Shown here: positions 35,440 to 36,506 of the stretch, piece after piece | Numbering within the stretch: position 1 is the first letter of the stretch | Layout of the letters: every line of letters begins with the position of its first letter | Source: Octopus sinensis | Taxonomy: Eukaryota | Length of the DNA stretch: 36,506 nucleotides | Assembly: GCF_006345805.1 (NCBI RefSeq) | Contig: NW_021824677.1 | Span: 1-36,506, forward strand | Reading direction: 5' to 3' | Notes under the pieces: generated by a model | Seen by the model: only the letters and a program-made list of their open reading frames with translations | What the model was told of the DNA's origin: nothing | Databases searched by the model: none | Made by a program: the position numbers and the translations under genes

Positions 35440-36506
35440 AGGCAATTGATGTAGTTGTGTGTGCTACATATCGCCCCCAGATGCCCCAAGCCATGTGGGC
35501 AAGTTTGAAGACTGCCTTATAAAAATAGAAGAAATTCCAACCACATAGAGCAACCACAGAGGTGTGCTTCTATGGGAGACTTCAATCTGCCCAAGGTCAG
35601 ATGGCCCGAGGGCCTTTCTCTCCCAGGAATGACAAGATGTGAACGAGGACAGGCGATTCCCTCCTGAACCTCATCAACACCCTGTACATGGAGCAGGTAA
35701 TACTCCACCAACCAGGGCAGGTACACACTGGATCTCTGCTTCACAAATGACATGGATCTCATCCATAATGTGAAGTGACACCGACACTACTCTCGGATCA
35801 CAACATGATAGAGCTGACCATGTACGGGCCAAAAGAGAGCACGGACATGCAGCCTACAAGAAACCCTCAAAATCTTTCCAGCTTGAACTACCTTAAGGCA
35901 AACTGGAACAAATTGAGAAAGAGATCCTCAAACAAAACTGGCCTAAATGTCTCTCCTCGCCAGACATCACGTGAACTTCAACAATTCATGTCTGTAATGC
36001 AAGCCATATGCTACAATGTGTCCCAGAGAGAAAGGCCACTGTACACAAGAACAAAATCCCCAGAGAGAGGAAAATTTTAATGAGACGGCGTACGAAATTT
36101 TCAAATCGCCTAAACAACAGATTGAAAGCAATGAAAAGTCCCGCCTAAAATAAAACTGTTGGAAATCGAAAATGTCTGCAACTCTCCCATGAAAAAGAAA
36201 GAGCAGACAAAGAAGCCTGGGCTATAGAAAACATAAAATCTAACCCCAGAGCTTTCTACAGGTATGCCAAAGAAACAGCTACAGTGCACTGTAGAATAGG
36301 CACTCCTCGAAAAGGATGGCACACTTACAGGAAACCAATGAGGGTAAGTGAAATACTGAATGAGCAATTGAAGAGTGTTTTCACTCCACCCCTTGGGCAT
36401 CTCTCCCATCACCAATCCAACTGACTTTTTTACCACAGCAGATATAAAATCAGAGGCGGCGACGATAGATTACATCGATATAAAGAAGACGATGTAACCA
36501 GGCTAT
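35440..36506 (+). mobile_element. CR1/L2-group LINE, APE endonuclease region, running off the window end
   Basis: MGDFNLPKVRW, LDLCFTND, LSDHNMIEL and IKSNPRAFYRYAK motifs across frameshifts. Confidence 0.88.

Overview
AT-rich animal genomic DNA, most likely an octopus or related cephalopod. That assignment is recalled from the repeat families and was not checked against a database. The window is almost entirely transposable elements and microsatellites: five large, decayed RTE-clade LINE copies plus fragments, four CR1/L2-group LINE pieces, two tRNA-derived SINEs, one full-length Tc1 element with 36-residue D..(E/D) spacing, four Helitron-like non-autonomous elements, and two Penelope-like retroelements (RT plus GIY-YIG). 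The Penelope-like elements carry three hammerhead-ribozyme folds. There is also an element with ~490-bp inverted arms and a ~5-kb (TA)n array. Only one convincing host coding exon is visible (12411-12547, + strand, product unknown), so much of the window is probably intronic. The most interesting signals are: the Penelope-like elements (hammerheads with a U4C core variant, large in-frame Asn-rich expansions, both sitting tail-to-tail with a Helitron end); two inverted RTE copies that share inactivating lesions and flank the exon; a SINE/LINE shared 3' stem-loop with compensatory changes; and the inverted-arm element with a decayed hammerhead geometry. I found no evidence for a wholly new biological system. 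All coordinates and alignments were read by eye.
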